Of a stretch of 64,000 nucleotides of DNA, positions 63,778-64,000 are shown piece after piece. Within the stretch, counting starts at the first letter, position 1; the number at the start of each line of letters is the position of its first letter. This DNA is from Halioglobus sp. (GTDB lineage: Bacteria; Pseudomonadota; Gammaproteobacteria; Pseudomonadales; Halieaceae): NCBI GenBank assembly GCA_002699145.1, contig PABK01000036.1, positions 13,598-77,597 on the forward strand, written 5' to 3'. A program made the position numbers and the translations under genes. Under the pieces are notes generated by a model. It was not told the DNA's origin, ran no database searches, and saw nothing but the letters and a program-made list of their open reading frames with translations.

Positions 63778-64000
63778 CTACTCGATCAACGTGCCCTCTT
63801 CGCCACCCCGGACGATACTGAGCAGCGCTCCCTGTTTTTCCATTTCGAACACGCGCACCGGCATGTTGTGGTCGCGACACAGGCAAATCGCCGTCAGGTC
63901 CATTACCTCGAGCTTTTTGTCCAGCACCTCGTCGTAGGTGAGGCGCTCGTACTTCACCGCGTCGGCGACTTTCATCGGGTCGGCGGAATACACGCCGTCC
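63778..64000 (-). CDS. pyrH: UMP kinase, 3' part (runs off the window end)
   Basis: DGVYSADP...[22 protein letters not shown]...GTLI; pyrH-frr synteny. Confidence 0.95.
   Translation of the reverse strand, partial: DGVYSADPMKVADAVKYERLTYDEVLDKKLEVMDLTAICLCRDHNMPVRVFEMEKQGALLSIVRGGEEGTLIE

Overview
High-GC (roughly 65-70% by eye) gammaproteobacterial chromosome segment; gene content and style suggest Halieaceae (OM60/NOR5), which is inference only. Both ends are pieces of the conserved pyrH-frr-uppS-cdsA-dxr-rseP-bamA-skp-lpxD-fabZ-lpxA-lpxB-rnhB-dnaE ... accA-tilS-pyrG cluster on the minus strand, but about 45 kb of other genes lie between dnaE and accA. That middle part carries modification enzymes (METTL20-like methyltransferase, RluA, RimO, RsmE), envelope and uptake genes (DcaP porin, TonB receptor, PhoD, thermonuclease, DUF3604 lipoprotein), quality-control genes (MsrA, VWA plus J-domain pair, sigma32-driven HtpX, HtrA-like protease), lipid/steroid-type catabolic genes (SDRs, heteromeric ACAD pair, ketosteroid isomerase) and DinB. 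The most unusual part is about 23-40 kb: two paralogous exported sulfatases with non-canonical active-site motifs (one has no ATG/GTG/TTG start), a B12-dependent radical SAM enzyme with two winged-helix/RRE-like N-terminal domains, a GT-C-like membrane protein, and a five-gene operon with a HAD-UbiA phosphoribosyltransferase, DprE1/DprE2 homologues and an additional FAD-oxidoreductase/SDR pair. Together these suggest a lipid-linked pentofuranose glycosylation system. No integrase, transposase, tRNA, rRNA or CRISPR array was found; one ~165 bp inverted-repeat element is present. Family assignments come from recognised motifs, not database searches.
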